64,000 nt of DNA from an uncultured bacterium (GTDB taxonomy: Bacteria; Acidobacteriota; HRBIN11; JAKEFK01), in NCBI GenBank assembly GCA_963777505.1, contig CAVZQN010000004.1, positions 320,001 through 384,000 of the forward strand, read 5' to 3'. This document shows positions 51,595-62,702 of this stretch, piece by piece (position 1 is the first letter of the stretch; each line of letters begins with the position of its first letter). The notes under the pieces are model-generated. The model searched no databases. It was not told where the DNA came from and saw nothing but the letters and a program-made list of their open reading frames with translations. The translations under genes were made by a program, and so were the position numbers.

Positions 51595-53827
51595 TTGATG
51601 GAAAAAGAGAATAGATCCGTTGATCGAAGTACTCAAAAACAGGAGAACAAAGGTTTTCTTGGCGGTCTCACAACATCTCAACAGATTTTGATCGGTCTCG
51701 TTGCAGGAGTTGTGGCGGGAATTTTTTTTGGCGAAAAAATATCCTTTTTGAACTGGCCTGCCAAAGTCTTCATCAGCCTTTTACAGGTCACAGTGCTGCC
51801 CTACATTGTAGGCTCGCTGATTGTGGGTATTGGCGAGAATACGGGAGAAAACGCGCGCAGACTCGCGATCTGGGGTGGCCTGGCCTTGTTGATCATTTGG
51901 ATTTTCACTCTTTTCATCGTGTTTTTAGTTCCATTTGCGCTGCCTCCTGACAAAGGTGGAGTTTTTTTCAGCGCTATTCCTAGTGACCAAACAAGCATTG
52001 ACTGGCTGGATCTTTATATTCCCACGAATCCTTTCCGTTCACTTGCGAACAATACTGTCCCGGCGGTCGTGATCTTTTCGATTCTTATCGGTATTTCATT
52101 AATTGATCTGCCTCGTAAAGAGAGGATCATTGAGCCACTAAAAGGGTTGAATGATGTATTAGCACGGGCCGCAAGTTTTCTTATCAAGCTGACTCCGTTT
52201 GGAATTTTTGCAGTAGCGGGACATGCCGCGGGTACGATGAGAGTGGATGAATTCCAACGGATCGAAGCTTTTTTCTTAAATTACATCGGACTCTGCCTGA
52301 TTCTGACGTTCTGGTTGCTGCCTGGTTTGGTTTCAGTGATTACGTCAATTCCCCACCGGCGAATTATTTCACTATACATGGATGCGGTTATAACTGCTTT
52401 TGTAACTTCAAGTGTGTTCGTGGTATTACCTCTGATTTCCGAAAGGACGAAACAATTATTAAAAGAAATTAACTTATCTCGCGATAGTGAACAGGATTCT
52501 GCGGATATTTTGATCCCAGCCTCCTTCAACTTTCCTGCTAGTCCAAAAATTCTGAGCCTCACTTTTATTTTGTTCGCTGGTTGGTTTGCAGGTACACCCA
52601 TTGCCATACATATGTATCCATTGGTTGCAAGTGTTGGTTTACTCAGCTTCTTTGGCAATCTCAATTCTGCCGTTCAATTTTTACTAAATCTATTGAGAAT
52701 GCCTGCAGATCTTTTTCAAATGTTCGTTGTTTCTGGAGTTGTGAATAGCCATGTTGGTAGTGGAGCTGGTGTGATGCATACGATGGCCGTTGCGGTTATT
52801 GGATCGTATCTAATGTCGCGCCGATTTCCAATGAATATTGGGAAATTACTCCGCTTTACTGGACTTACGATTCTGCTGGTAGCAGGATTCCTTTTTGCCA
52901 GTAGAGTGTTCCTTCAAGAGACTCTTCCCGATCCGAAAGAAAGTGCAGCAATTCTGGATAAGTTGAAGCTCTCCGGCGCGTGGGGGTCGTTGGCTGAAGT
53001 GAAAATTTATGATGAACCACAGGCGTCTCCATCTAAAGCACCAGTCAGAGAAGAACGATTGAATGAAATCGTTCGGCGTTCCGTTATTAGAGTCTGCTAT
53101 ATAGATGATGCATTGCCCTGGTGTTTCCGGAATTCACGTGGAGAATTGGTGGGATTTGATATTGGGATGGCCCATACTCTGGCTGTTCAACTTCAAGTTC
53201 GATTGGAACTCGTACCGGTAACAAGGGAGACAATGGACGAATCGCTGAATGCCGGTGTCTGTGACATCGTTATGTCGGGAATCAGGGCTACGCCTCAGCG
53301 CGCAAAGTTCATGAAGTTTTCCAAACCTTATGCCCAGGAGACCGCTGCATTTCTTGTTCGTGATCACCTCAGAGAAGAATTTTCACAACTATCGAAAATT
53401 CAAGAAATGAAATCACCGAGAATTGCCGTTCATAATATTCCCTCATGGATTGACCGTCTTCACAATACTTTTCCAAAAGCAAAAATTATCCCGGTTGAAT
53501 CGATAGAGCTTTTCGTGAATGACAGAAACAACCGTTTTGATGCGATGTTTACTGGATGGGAACGCGCGACGCCCTGGAGCCTTCTGCATCCGGAGCTTGC
53601 TCCTGCGATCCCTGAACCTGGGATGGGCGGATTTCCGTTGGCATATGCGGTTCCAAAATATGAAGAAGACCTGCTTTCATTAGTGAATACCTGGATTGAT
53701 GGTCGGATTTCCAGCGGCCTCATTCAGACAAAAAATGGATTATTGGGTCTATGGCCGTGATGCCAGCAGCCTGCGCGAGGCCCGATGGTGCATCGGTGCG
53801 AATGTTCTTGGATGGTGGAAGCCGTAA
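51595..53827 (+). CDS. Cation:dicarboxylate symporter-family domain fused to C-terminal family-3 solute-binding domain (frameshift near 53735)
   Basis: SDF-like TM region (YIPTNPFRSLAN, KLTPFGIFA); PBPb motifs GELVGFDI, CDIVMSG, FSKPY; alternate frame ends YWVYG...RWCIGANVLGWWKP*. Confidence 0.85.
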
Positions 53828-53835
53828 GTCAGAAA

Positions 53836-55434
53836 CTAGTGATTGTCAGGGCGGAAGATGCCGAGTTTTGCCATCCGCGTTTCCAATGTAGTTGGTTTCA
53901 TTCCTAGAATTTCGGCCGCTCCTAGCTTGCCGCGGATTTTCCATGAAACACTTTCCAACACTTTGAGGATGTGTTGAATCTCCATTTCCTTCAGAGTTAC
54001 AACGACTGGAGATCCGATTGAAGTATTTACCTTGGGAATCTCAATATCAAGCTTTGGTAATTTTGAGATAATCATTGCCCTTTCAATTGTGTTTCTCAAT
54101 TCACGAACGTTACCTGGCCAGGAGTATTCCATAAGCCCTTCCATACTTTTGCTTGAAATGCTCTCCACTTTTTTCCCAAGTTCATTTGAGAGTTCATCGA
54201 CGAACGCCCAGGCAAGCAGTGGAATATCTTCTCGACGTTCCCTCAGGGGAGGTACATCAATGGGAAAAACATTTAAACGGTAATATAAATCCTGCCGGAA
54301 TTTTCCTTCCTGAACAGCTTTTTCCAAATCTTGATTGCTTGCGGCAATAACACGTACATCAACGTGTATGGGTTTGGGATTGCCTAATCGCTCAATTTCT
54401 TTCTCTTGTAATACTCGTAACAACTTTACCTGAGATTCGAGCGGAAGTTCTGTTATCTCATCCAAAAAGATAGTTGAAGAATGTGCAAGCTCGAAACGGC
54501 CGATCTGACTGGATAACGCTCCAGTATAAGCACCTTTTTCACGGCCGAATAATTCGCTTTCGACCAGTGCAGCAGGAATTGCGCCGCAATTTAATCGAAC
54601 CATAGTCCGCTTGGAACGTGCACTCAATTCATGAATCGCGGAAGCGATCATCTCCTTTCCGGTTCCGGTTTCTCCGGACAACAGAACGGTGGCATTCGTG
54701 GCAGCTACCTGCTTAACTTTTGCAAGCACTTCGGTCAAAGCCTTGCTTTGATAAACAATTTTTGCGGGAGATGAGCGAACATTTATCTCCTGGCGTAGAT
54801 ATACATTCTCACGCTCCAATTGAGTCTTCACTGTTTTAAGCTCTTGAAGCGTCTGCTGAAGTTTTTGTTCCGTTTTGTTCCGAAGCAGCGCACCCGAGAA
54901 TACTTGTGCTGCTACACGAAGACGAGGTGCGAGTTCCTCTGGCCAAATCAACTCCGCTGCAATCCCAAGGGCGAGAATCCCATAAACTCTACCGCCATCA
55001 AATAAAGGGATAGCCATCGCGGAATACTTTGGACCGAATCGTCGCAGAGTCTCTTTATCGATGGATGCTTCCTCCGGCAGATCATCGATCCGTGAGTATC
55101 TCGTTTCGCGGCCGCTTAAATGTTGTTCTAGCATCCATGGAAACGAATCTGTGGTGAGAAAAGGCTTTTCTTGAGGGCCGCATCCGGGCCGAACTCTGAG
55201 ATGCGTAAGGACAAACTTTCTGCTACCTGGCTCTGCTTCTTGAAATAATGCTGCCCGGTCAATGCAGAGATAGTCGAGAATCTTCTGCAGGCTGGTTTCG
55301 ATTACAACATCTAATTCTGTTGAATCGCAATGAACGAGCCTGGCGGAAATATCAGAAAGAAGAAATTCAAAATCGAGTCGCGACTTTTCATTGAGAGAAA
55401 TAGCGCGCTCATCTTCTTTAGACACAACAGACAT
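53836..55434 (-). CDS. Second GAF-sigma54-interacting activator, paralog of 49727-51370
   Basis: GETGTGKE, ESELFGREKGAYTGA, WPGNVREL; shares TDSFPWM and GMKPTTLETRMAKLGI. Confidence 0.93.
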   Translation of the reverse strand: MSVVSKEDERAISLNEKSRLDFEFLLSDISARLVHCDSTELDVVIETSLQKILDYLCIDRAALFQEAEPGSRKFVLTHLRVRPGCGPQEKPFLTTDSFPWMLEQHLSGRETRYSRIDDLPEEASIDKETLRRFGPKYSAMAIPLFDGGRVYGILALGIAAELIWPEELAPRLRVAAQVFSGALLRNKTEQKLQQTLQELKTVKTQLERENVYLRQEINVRSSPAKIVYQSKALTEVLAKVKQVAATNATVLLSGETGTGKEMIASAIHELSARSKRTMVRLNCGAIPAALVESELFGREKGAYTGALSSQIGRFELAHSSTIFLDEITELPLESQVKLLRVLQEKEIERLGNPKPIHVDVRVIAASNQDLEKAVQEGKFRQDLYYRLNVFPIDVPPLRERREDIPLLAWAFVDELSNELGKKVESISSKSMEGLMEYSWPGNVRELRNTIERAMIISKLPKLDIEIPKVNTSIGSPVVVTLKEMEIQHILKVLESVSWKIRGKLGAAEILGMKPTTLETRMAKLGIFRPDNH

Positions 55435-55490
55435 GACAAGTGACCCTTAGCTAGAATAATTAAGTGCTGAAAGAGATGCAACTGTTTGTC

Positions 55491-57161
55491 TTACGAATAA
55501 GTTCGAATGGCCGATTCAACGACGTCATGGACTGAAATGTGGCGACTGATTGTTCCAACACGTTGTTCCAACTGTTCAGCTCTCAAAATGTCACGAACAT
55601 TTGAACGGGTTTCCGCTAACTTTAACTCAATTCCTCTTTTGCTTAGCTCATCATTCAGCTTTCCAATCATGCGGGCTCCCGCTAAATCAACATTTGGCGA
55701 TGCGGAAAAATCACAAATCACGAATCGTGGCGATATCGAATTCACTTTTTCCAGAACAGCTTTTCTTACGGATTCAACATTGAAGTACAGCAGCGCAGAT
55801 TCTACGCGAAAAATTAAGACTCCTGGAATCACTTCATTATCGGGATTCCTTTCAATGTCTGAATAGCGATTCGTGCCTGGAATTCTTCCAAGGAACGCAA
55901 CATGGGGCCGTGAGGCTCGCGCAAGCAGCATTAAGATTGAAGCAATAGCCGCGAGCATGACGCCTTTTAGAATTCCGAAAATTAGCACACCTGCGAAAGC
56001 AACCATCGATACTCTGAACTCAAATTTGCTAACACGATAAAGATGCCGAAGGGCACTAATATTAATGAGGCCTTTTACAGCGATTAGCACAATGACTGCC
56101 AGAACCACACTTGGAAGATTGCGTAATAGACCGGTTAGAAAAAGTAAACAAAGTGCCAGAGTTATGGAAGTAAAGACAAGAGCCAATGGCGTTTTTGCGC
56201 CTGCTTTATCATTCACCATTGACTGCGAAAGACCACCGGCTACCGGATATCCCTGGCCCAATGATACGGCTAGATTTGCAGCGCCCAATCCAAGTAGCTC
56301 TTGCCGCGCATCAATTTCCTTTTCATGCCTGTCTGCAATTGCGCGAGCTGCCGAAATCCCCTCGATGTACGCAAGTAAGAAGCAGGCAAAGGCCAAAGGA
56401 ATCACGCCGTCTACATCGCGCAATCGAAGCGATGGCAAACCTAAGGGGGGCAAGCCTTGCGGTATTTCTCCAACGACCTTGATTCCGTGTTCCATCAGTG
56501 AAGTGGTGGATACGACCACAATCGATGCAACAACTAATAGGAGCGCCACCGGACGTCCTGGCAAGATTTTTTCTCCCAGTAATAAGAAAACCAGCGCAAC
56601 AAGCCCAAAACATAGTACTACAATGTTAGTACTACCTAATTGACTTAGGAGTGTCCCGACTTTTTCAAAGAAATGTTCACCGCCGCCAGGAACACCGAAT
56701 AGTTTTGGCAACTGGGTCATTGCAATCGTGATCGCTGCACCGGCTTTAAATCCCACGAGGATTGTTTCGCTGATAAAGCTGATCAAGGTGCTTAAACGCA
56801 ACGCCCATGCAACGATACACATGACAGCGACAACGAACGCTGTTAATCCAGCGATAGAAATCCATCGTGCCGGATCTCCGCCAGCCATGGTTGCCACAGT
56901 GACACCAACGAGCATTGAGATTGCAGAAGTAGGGCCAATAGCAAGTTGACGTGATGTGCCGAAGAGCGCATAAAACAGTCCGCCAATTAAATAGCAGTAA
57001 ATCCCATTTTGTGGTGGCAATCCCGCAAGTGATGCGTATGCGAGCGATACTGGAACTGCATAGGCAGCTAAAGTGATTCCAGCAATTAAATCTTTAGGTA
57101 ACCATTTGGGATTATATTCTTTGAGCCATTGTGCCGGTGGAAAGATGGAACGCAATGTCAT
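55491..57161 (-). CDS. sulP: SulP/SLC26 family anion transporter with STAS domain
   Basis: DLIAGITL, YASLAGLPP, GTSRQLAIGP, QELLGLGAAN, C-terminal STAS. Confidence 0.93.
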   Translation of the reverse strand: MTLRSIFPPAQWLKEYNPKWLPKDLIAGITLAAYAVPVSLAYASLAGLPPQNGIYCYLIGGLFYALFGTSRQLAIGPTSAISMLVGVTVATMAGGDPARWISIAGLTAFVVAVMCIVAWALRLSTLISFISETILVGFKAGAAITIAMTQLPKLFGVPGGGEHFFEKVGTLLSQLGSTNIVVLCFGLVALVFLLLGEKILPGRPVALLLVVASIVVVSTTSLMEHGIKVVGEIPQGLPPLGLPSLRLRDVDGVIPLAFACFLLAYIEGISAARAIADRHEKEIDARQELLGLGAANLAVSLGQGYPVAGGLSQSMVNDKAGAKTPLALVFTSITLALCLLFLTGLLRNLPSVVLAVIVLIAVKGLINISALRHLYRVSKFEFRVSMVAFAGVLIFGILKGVMLAAIASILMLLARASRPHVAFLGRIPGTNRYSDIERNPDNEVIPGVLIFRVESALLYFNVESVRKAVLEKVNSISPRFVICDFSASPNVDLAGARMIGKLNDELSKRGIELKLAETRSNVRDILRAEQLEQRVGTISRHISVHDVVESAIRTYS

Positions 57162-57243
57162 CTTAAGCCTTCAATTAATTTTTGTCCCATCGACATCTTT
57201 CATGCCGGCCTGCAGTTCTTTCAGCTTTGCATCATTTGCAGAT

Positions 57244-58201
57244 TTATTCTTCTTCCACCGGACTCCAGGTCTTGTCCGGGTTGAAACGCTCCAGCTTCTT
57301 GAATTCCTCGGCTGTTTTTTCTCCAAAGTCTTTTTCGTAAACGACGCCGTCGTGGCTGACCATCAACGTCTTCACACCTGTAACACCGTATTCGGCGGGA
57401 GCAGCCACGAGGGCATAGCCCCCAATCATCGCTCCTTTCACAACAAAGTCCATTTGGCCGAGTGGTGCGGCAGGCCCTTGTCCCTTTAGTACTTTAAAGA
57501 AATAACCATGGTAGGGAAGTTCTTTGGTGTAGCCCTCTTCGATAGCCTTCGCCACATTTTCTCCAATAGGGCCGTCCCATTTGCCATCCGGATTTTTCCA
57601 CGCGAGTCCATCCTGTTTTCCAGGCGAACTAATGATGCGCTGAGCGTATTGGTTTACGTTGGATCCATCATGTTTTTCAAGTGCGTATTCTTCTTGTGCT
57701 TCCACAAAGCCGCGGCAGATTTCAATCGCATCCAGTTCATTGCCGCCAATGCGGCGATAGATGAGCTCCTGTCTTCCTGCTTTAGTGTCAAAGAACCATT
57801 TGCCGTTCTTCTTAATGATTGGAACTGAAAATGGCCAATCATCTTTGCCAACGAGTAAAAATGCGAGGTTTTTGTTTTTCGAATCCACTGAAACAGATTT
57901 TTTTTCGCGGGCGAGTTCAGCAAAAGTTTTGGCTATTTCTTCATCGCGTGGAGGTTCTGCGCTGATAACGAGGTCTTTGCCATCGGGACCGAAAAGTTTT
58001 TCCAATGCAACAACGTCAAATTTCTCTGCCGCTTCGACTAGAGCATCAGCTGCCTGCTCTGGAGTTGCGAAGGTGATCTGAGGGTTCGACGATGCCTGTT
58101 GTGCGAAGAGTATTTCTGTTGCTTGTAAGCAGAGTAAAAACAATGGCGCAAAAAATACATGCGGATCTTGGAAGAAGGTTTTTCGAAGTTTGAAGTTTCA
58201 T
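57244..58201 (-). CDS. DUF2950 family protein (frameshift in signal region)
   Basis: FATPEQAADAL, WPFSVPI, RRIGGNELDAI, YAQRIISSPGKQDGL, PYHGYFF, PAEYGVTGV, FNPDKTW. Confidence 0.9.
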
Positions 58202-58215
58202 ATAGGTACTCCGAC

Positions 58216-59478
58216 TCATCTTCTACCTCCTCGACCGCCACCGCCGCGCGATCCCATACTGGATGAGCCGCGGCTGCTGCTGCTACGTGTACGAGAACCG
58301 CTGTAACTCCCGCGGGAACCGCTGCCCATTGCATTATTGCTACGGCTATGGCTGCCTGGACTGCGTGACATATCACGGCTGCCAATGTGATCGGATCCGC
58401 CTGATCGGCTGGAGGATGGACTTGTCGAACGTGGACTCGTACTACGCGATCCACTGCGTTCACCACTTTGCATGTTGCCGCCCTGGCGGTTTACTTGTTG
58501 CCGTGCACTCGACTGTCGATTTGACAATGACTCTCCGCGCGAATTCCCACCATATTTATTTGCGGTTGCACGATCCGAATACGGAGCACCACCACGATGC
58601 TGTGAGTTGTGCTGCCATTTGCCGCTGCCGCTCCGGTTGACCTGGCCGCTCCTATTAATATTGGTGTTACGGTTAAAGTTTGCGTTGCGGTTAAAATTAT
58701 TGTTGACGTTGATGTCGATGTCATTGCCGCCCCAGCCGCAACCCCATCCCCATCCACCACCACCGCCGCCCCAGAACGCGCCCATCGCCACACCGACACC
58801 AAAAGAAATGGCGGCACCGGCCGCGTAATATCCTGGTGGCGGATAATAAATCGGGGGATAAGGATAGACAGGCGGACCATACACCACAACTGGATCGTAA
58901 GTCGGAACATAAACGATCTGCGGGTTGGGTTGTTCAATGATAATTACTTCTTTAGTTTCAACAACCTTTGTTTCAACCTTTATTTGCTCGCTCGATTTCA
59001 AGTTTCCTTTTTCATCGGCTTTCTTGCGCATGCGCTGTACTGCATCCATTACGTCGCTTTGCTGTGCCAGGAATGCGTTGCCTAGATCCGTAGTCCATTG
59101 AATGTCGTCTGCGAGGCGTTTTACAACATCTGGAAGTCCAGCCATAGCTTGAATACTGGGATCCCACGGTTCTTTCATCACCGCATCTGCAAGTGCTTTG
59201 TCCTTCAAGTTCTGGTTTTTCACCAACCACTGCTGAAGCTGGACAATCTCGAGTGGATATGTGGAAGCTGCGAGTGTTTGTGCCAGCATTGGATCCGGAT
59301 AAAGTGCAATCGGTGCCACCAAAGCATCAAGCTGTTCAGCCGGAATTTTTGCAGCTTGTTCCTGAGACGACACATTAGTTGATGGCTCTTGCGCTGGCAA
59401 CGAATAGGGCACACAGATTGCCACACATAAAATGGCAACAAAGTTTCGTGCACTTCGTTTTGCGGCTTTAATTTTCAT
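58216..59478 (-). CDS. DUF3300 family protein with G/S/R/N-rich disordered tail
   Basis: LDALVAPIALYPD, ASTYPLE, WDPSI, VMDAVQRMR, YVPTYDP..VYG; GAGGTG RBS before ATG 59478. Confidence 0.92.
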   Translation of the reverse strand: MKIKAAKRSARNFVAILCVAICVPYSLPAQEPSTNVSSQEQAAKIPAEQLDALVAPIALYPDPMLAQTLAASTYPLEIVQLQQWLVKNQNLKDKALADAVMKEPWDPSIQAMAGLPDVVKRLADDIQWTTDLGNAFLAQQSDVMDAVQRMRKKADEKGNLKSSEQIKVETKVVETKEVIIIEQPNPQIVYVPTYDPVVVYGPPVYPYPPIYYPPPGYYAAGAAISFGVGVAMGAFWGGGGGGWGWGCGWGGNDIDINVNNNFNRNANFNRNTNINRSGQVNRSGSGKWQHNSQHRGGAPYSDRATANKYGGNSRGESLSNRQSSARQQVNRQGGNMQSGERSGSRSTSPRSTSPSSSRSGGSDHIGSRDMSRSPGSHSRSNNAMGSGSRGSYSGSRTRSSSSRGSSSMGSRGGGGRGGRR

Positions 59479-59572
59479 AATACACCTCGTTCCCTGAGTC
59501 TGAACTCCGTAAAAATGCAATATTGTTTTTGAAAACTTTCCCACTCTTTTGATTAACTCCTCCGTTCATATT

Positions 59573-60085
59573 TCATTTAACCAGCGGAACTTCCGATGCA
59601 ATTTGCAGATCAATCAGGAGATCGGTTTGATTTTCCAATTGTAACAATCGTGCCACAGTTTTTGGAGGTAGAACATTTTTTAACTCTACCATGTAGCGTT
59701 TTCTTAATGCGAATCTTTTATCCTGAAAATCCATTGCACGCATAATCAACTCGGCTGCTTTTTCATCCGTCATGGTCTGGTAATTTTTTGCATAGTCCTG
59801 GATCATTGCCAGCCGCTGATCGTTTATCTTGATCAACTCTTTTTCGTAATTGTCATAAATAGGCCAATACGCTTTGTTCTGTTCATCAGTAAACTGGACT
59901 GCCTTTTGTATTAGCGTGCGTTTGTTTGCTCGCAGATTGATCCGTTGTAGTTCGAGCGAAGCATCTTGATAGGTTTTCGCAGCGCTTTGATACGCCTTGA
60001 TTGCATCTTCGGTCGAAGTTTGAGCGTTGATTCTACAAAGAATTGCTGTGAAGACCACGAACGTTAGAATTAGGATTTTTTTCAT
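59573..60085 (-). CDS. Exported helical hypothetical protein
   Basis: Signal peptide; YWPIYDNYE, LPPKTVARLLQLEN, IASEVPL. Confidence 0.75.
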   Translation of the reverse strand: MKKILILTFVVFTAILCRINAQTSTEDAIKAYQSAAKTYQDASLELQRINLRANKRTLIQKAVQFTDEQNKAYWPIYDNYEKELIKINDQRLAMIQDYAKNYQTMTDEKAAELIMRAMDFQDKRFALRKRYMVELKNVLPPKTVARLLQLENQTDLLIDLQIASEVPLVK

Positions 60086-60100
60086 TTTGCGCTCTCCTTG

Positions 60101-62387
60101 TTACCGTCTTCCGCCGCCGCCACGGAAACCGCCACCGCCGCGTGACATTGAGGAACGGCCTCGATTAAAGGATTGTGAACTTCTTGCACGCTGGTTCCCT
60201 TGATTGCGTTGACTGTGTTGGCGATCCAGTTGATTGATCGAATCACGATTGCGGTCAGTATTAGGAGTTGGCCGGTTCGCATCTCCGCGATTTACATCAT
60301 TCCAACCGCCATTGTCCCAGTTTTGCCAACCACTATCGGAGCGACGATACACATTGCCATCTCTACCTGCGTAGAGATCATCACCTTTGCGTCCAACAAA
60401 ACCGCTGTTGCCATCGGAAGTGCGATATCGCATACCGCCACCTTCCTGTCCACGGTAATGACCTGATTTCACCCAATCATCACCGCGGCGAACAGCACTG
60501 CTTCCCCAACTTGAGTAATAGTTGCTTCCTTGTCGAGTTCTAGCGGAAGTACCGGTTCGAGGATTGTATGCTTCGGCATATCCACGCGCGCCATAAGGTC
60601 CATATGCAGCGGCTCCTCGTGCATATGTTCCCGTGCTCGGATTGTAACGTGCTCCGTATCCAACACCACCGTATGGTCCGTAAGCCCAACCATTTCTTCC
60701 AAATGTTCCTGTGGCCGAATTGTACCAGGCTGAAGCACCGTAACTGCCGTAGTGAGGGTAATAATAAGGATAGTATCCACCATAATATCCATAATAAGGT
60801 GGATAATACCACCCGGTTCCCCAATAGACACAACCACCAGCAACCATGGTTCCGAAGTATCCGGCTGTGACTGCCGCCGTTACCCACTCATCATCATCAT
60901 CGTCTTCCTGGATCGTTACATAAGTCACATTGTGAGCAGGATCACTTGGAGGAATTTTGTAAATTTCTGCAGGAATCGTATCCGCAACAGCCCAGGGTCC
61001 TGTGGAACTTTTAGAAACAAACCAGACACCTTCATAGCAAAGATAAAATTCATCTTTGACTTGAATTACATCCTGATCAGTATTTACAGCTCGGTTCAGG
61101 GTTGTCGATTCAATCGGTTTAAACTCTGCCTTTCCTCCTGCATACGATACCTCTGGTGCCTTAGCTGTTTTTTTGTTGATCCTGGCTGTCTGAGGAATCG
61201 TGGCTTGTATGACTGCCTCATCAGCTTCACGAGTTCCCGGTATAGATGCCCTTAAGTTACCAATTTCATGATCTGCTGGAATTTTCTTGAAATCCTCTGG
61301 CAGTGTTGGTGTCGTAAAACTCCATGGTCCATTTTCTAAACTTTGAGTTTTGAACCAGCGCCCCGAAACGAGGTAGTAATAATAACTATCAGCAGGGTTA
61401 AAGATGAGATCACTTTCCGTGTTGGAAACCCAGGTGATACTCGTTTGCGGAATCGGTTTATAATCCGGCTCCCCATTCAATATGATTAGTTCAGCGGGAA
61501 CTTCTGAGACAAAAATAACAGGCATGTTTTCAGCTGTTAATTTCTCAGGTGGATTGCTGGTTAAGACGTCTTTCCAATTGTCATTCATTGGAAGTTTCTT
61601 GAAACTATCTGGCAATTTATCGGCAGGAGAATAGGGCCCATTCGTGTTTTCTGCTTTCAGCCATGTTTTGTTGTTCCGCAAAAAATAGGTTTTTTCCTTT
61701 TCGATGAAGAAGACGTCCCAGTTTGTATTCACAACAAACTGCAGGTCCGAATCTTTAATTGGACTTAATAGCGGTTTCCCATCGAAGATCACAAGGACAG
61801 CAGGTTTTTTGCTGAAAAAGATTTTCGGTGGATCATTTTTAAGTTCAACATTTCTTACGCCTCCCCGTTCAAGCGAAACCAGCATCCGGTCCAGATCGAT
61901 ACTTCGAACAGTATCGCTATTCAGCATGGCTCTGAGATCAGTCAGCGCTTCTTCATTTTTTTCTTTTGTTGATCCAGGAAAGTTTGATGCCGTAATTTGA
62001 AGCCGTGTCAACTTAACCAGTCTTGATTCGAAGTCGACTTCTGTTCTGGCTTGCATTTCAATGATTCCAAGCTTCGGATTGTCTGTGGCCTTTAGGCAGG
62101 AATGCGACTGCTGATCGAGCCTTTACGACTTTGTAATCAGGCCATTCATCAATCTGAGGTTGATAGATGACCACTTTGCCTTTAGCATGTTGAAACTCTT
62201 TTGGCCATTCTATCGGTGTACTTTCGGCTTGTTCAGCCGCGGGCTTCGTTTGTGTCTGTTGGGTTTGTGCCGGTTGCGTTTGTGCCGGCTTTGTTTGAGC
62301 AGTCTGTGAAAAAACCTGCTGTGGAATAACCAAACCTAAGGTTATAATTGCGAATAGCGAACACGTGAGGCTTTCGCGGAAATACAT
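60101..62387 (-). CDS. Large exported repeat protein (DUF3300-cluster type) with Y/G-rich and RGG tail; frameshift near 62075
   Basis: VIYQPQIDEW; repeats FVVNTNWD, WVSNTESD, RAVNTDQD; YNPSTGTYARG repeats; ends RGGGGFRGGGGRR. Confidence 0.8.
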
Positions 62388-62427
62388 TGTAATTCTCCTG
62401 TAATCATTCTTAACATTAATCTAAAAT

Positions 62428-62443
62428 AGCAAACTAGGTGCCA
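62428..62443 (-). promoter_or_regulatory. Sigma54 promoter for leftward operon
   Basis: Minus strand TGGCACCTAGTTTGCT = GG-N10-GC. Confidence 0.85.
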
Positions 62444-62494
62444 GAGCCTTCTATCACGGAGCTGAGGCCGAGTATCTGAAATAGTAAAATCCTG

Positions 62495-62531
62495 ACTCCG
62501 TAATACCGGAGTGGTCTCCGTAATTCTGGAG
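62495..62531. promoter_or_regulatory. Tandem enhancer-like palindromes
   Basis: ACTCCG-TAATAC-CGGAGT and CTCCG-TAATTC-TGGAG, 20 bp apart. Confidence 0.65.
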
Positions 62532-62645
62532 GACATTCTACATCTTGTTGCTGACTTTCACAGTTAAGGCGGTTCATAGTTTATTCTTATTTCCCCACTA
62601 TTGCATCTGAAATTGCTCAGATAGATGTACAACAAAAATCAGGAG

Positions 62646-62661
62646 TGGCATAGGCCTTGCT
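62646..62661 (+). promoter_or_regulatory. Sigma54 promoter for RND operon
   Basis: TGGCATAGGCCTTGCT = GG-N10-GC. Confidence 0.82.
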
Positions 62662-62702
62662 AAATCGTACCTGAACTTTCCGAAGCTGCATCCGAGGTAA
62701 AT

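Noticed and set aside
53758-53760. TGA ending the symporter-SBP ORF as a possible Sec codon
   Set aside because: The protein continues in another frame after an A-run near 53730; a frameshift explains it and there is no redox context.
62255-62300. Short tandem-like repeats (TGTGCCGG...)
   Set aside because: They encode the QTKPA/QTQPA linker of the protein; not CRISPR or a VNTR element.
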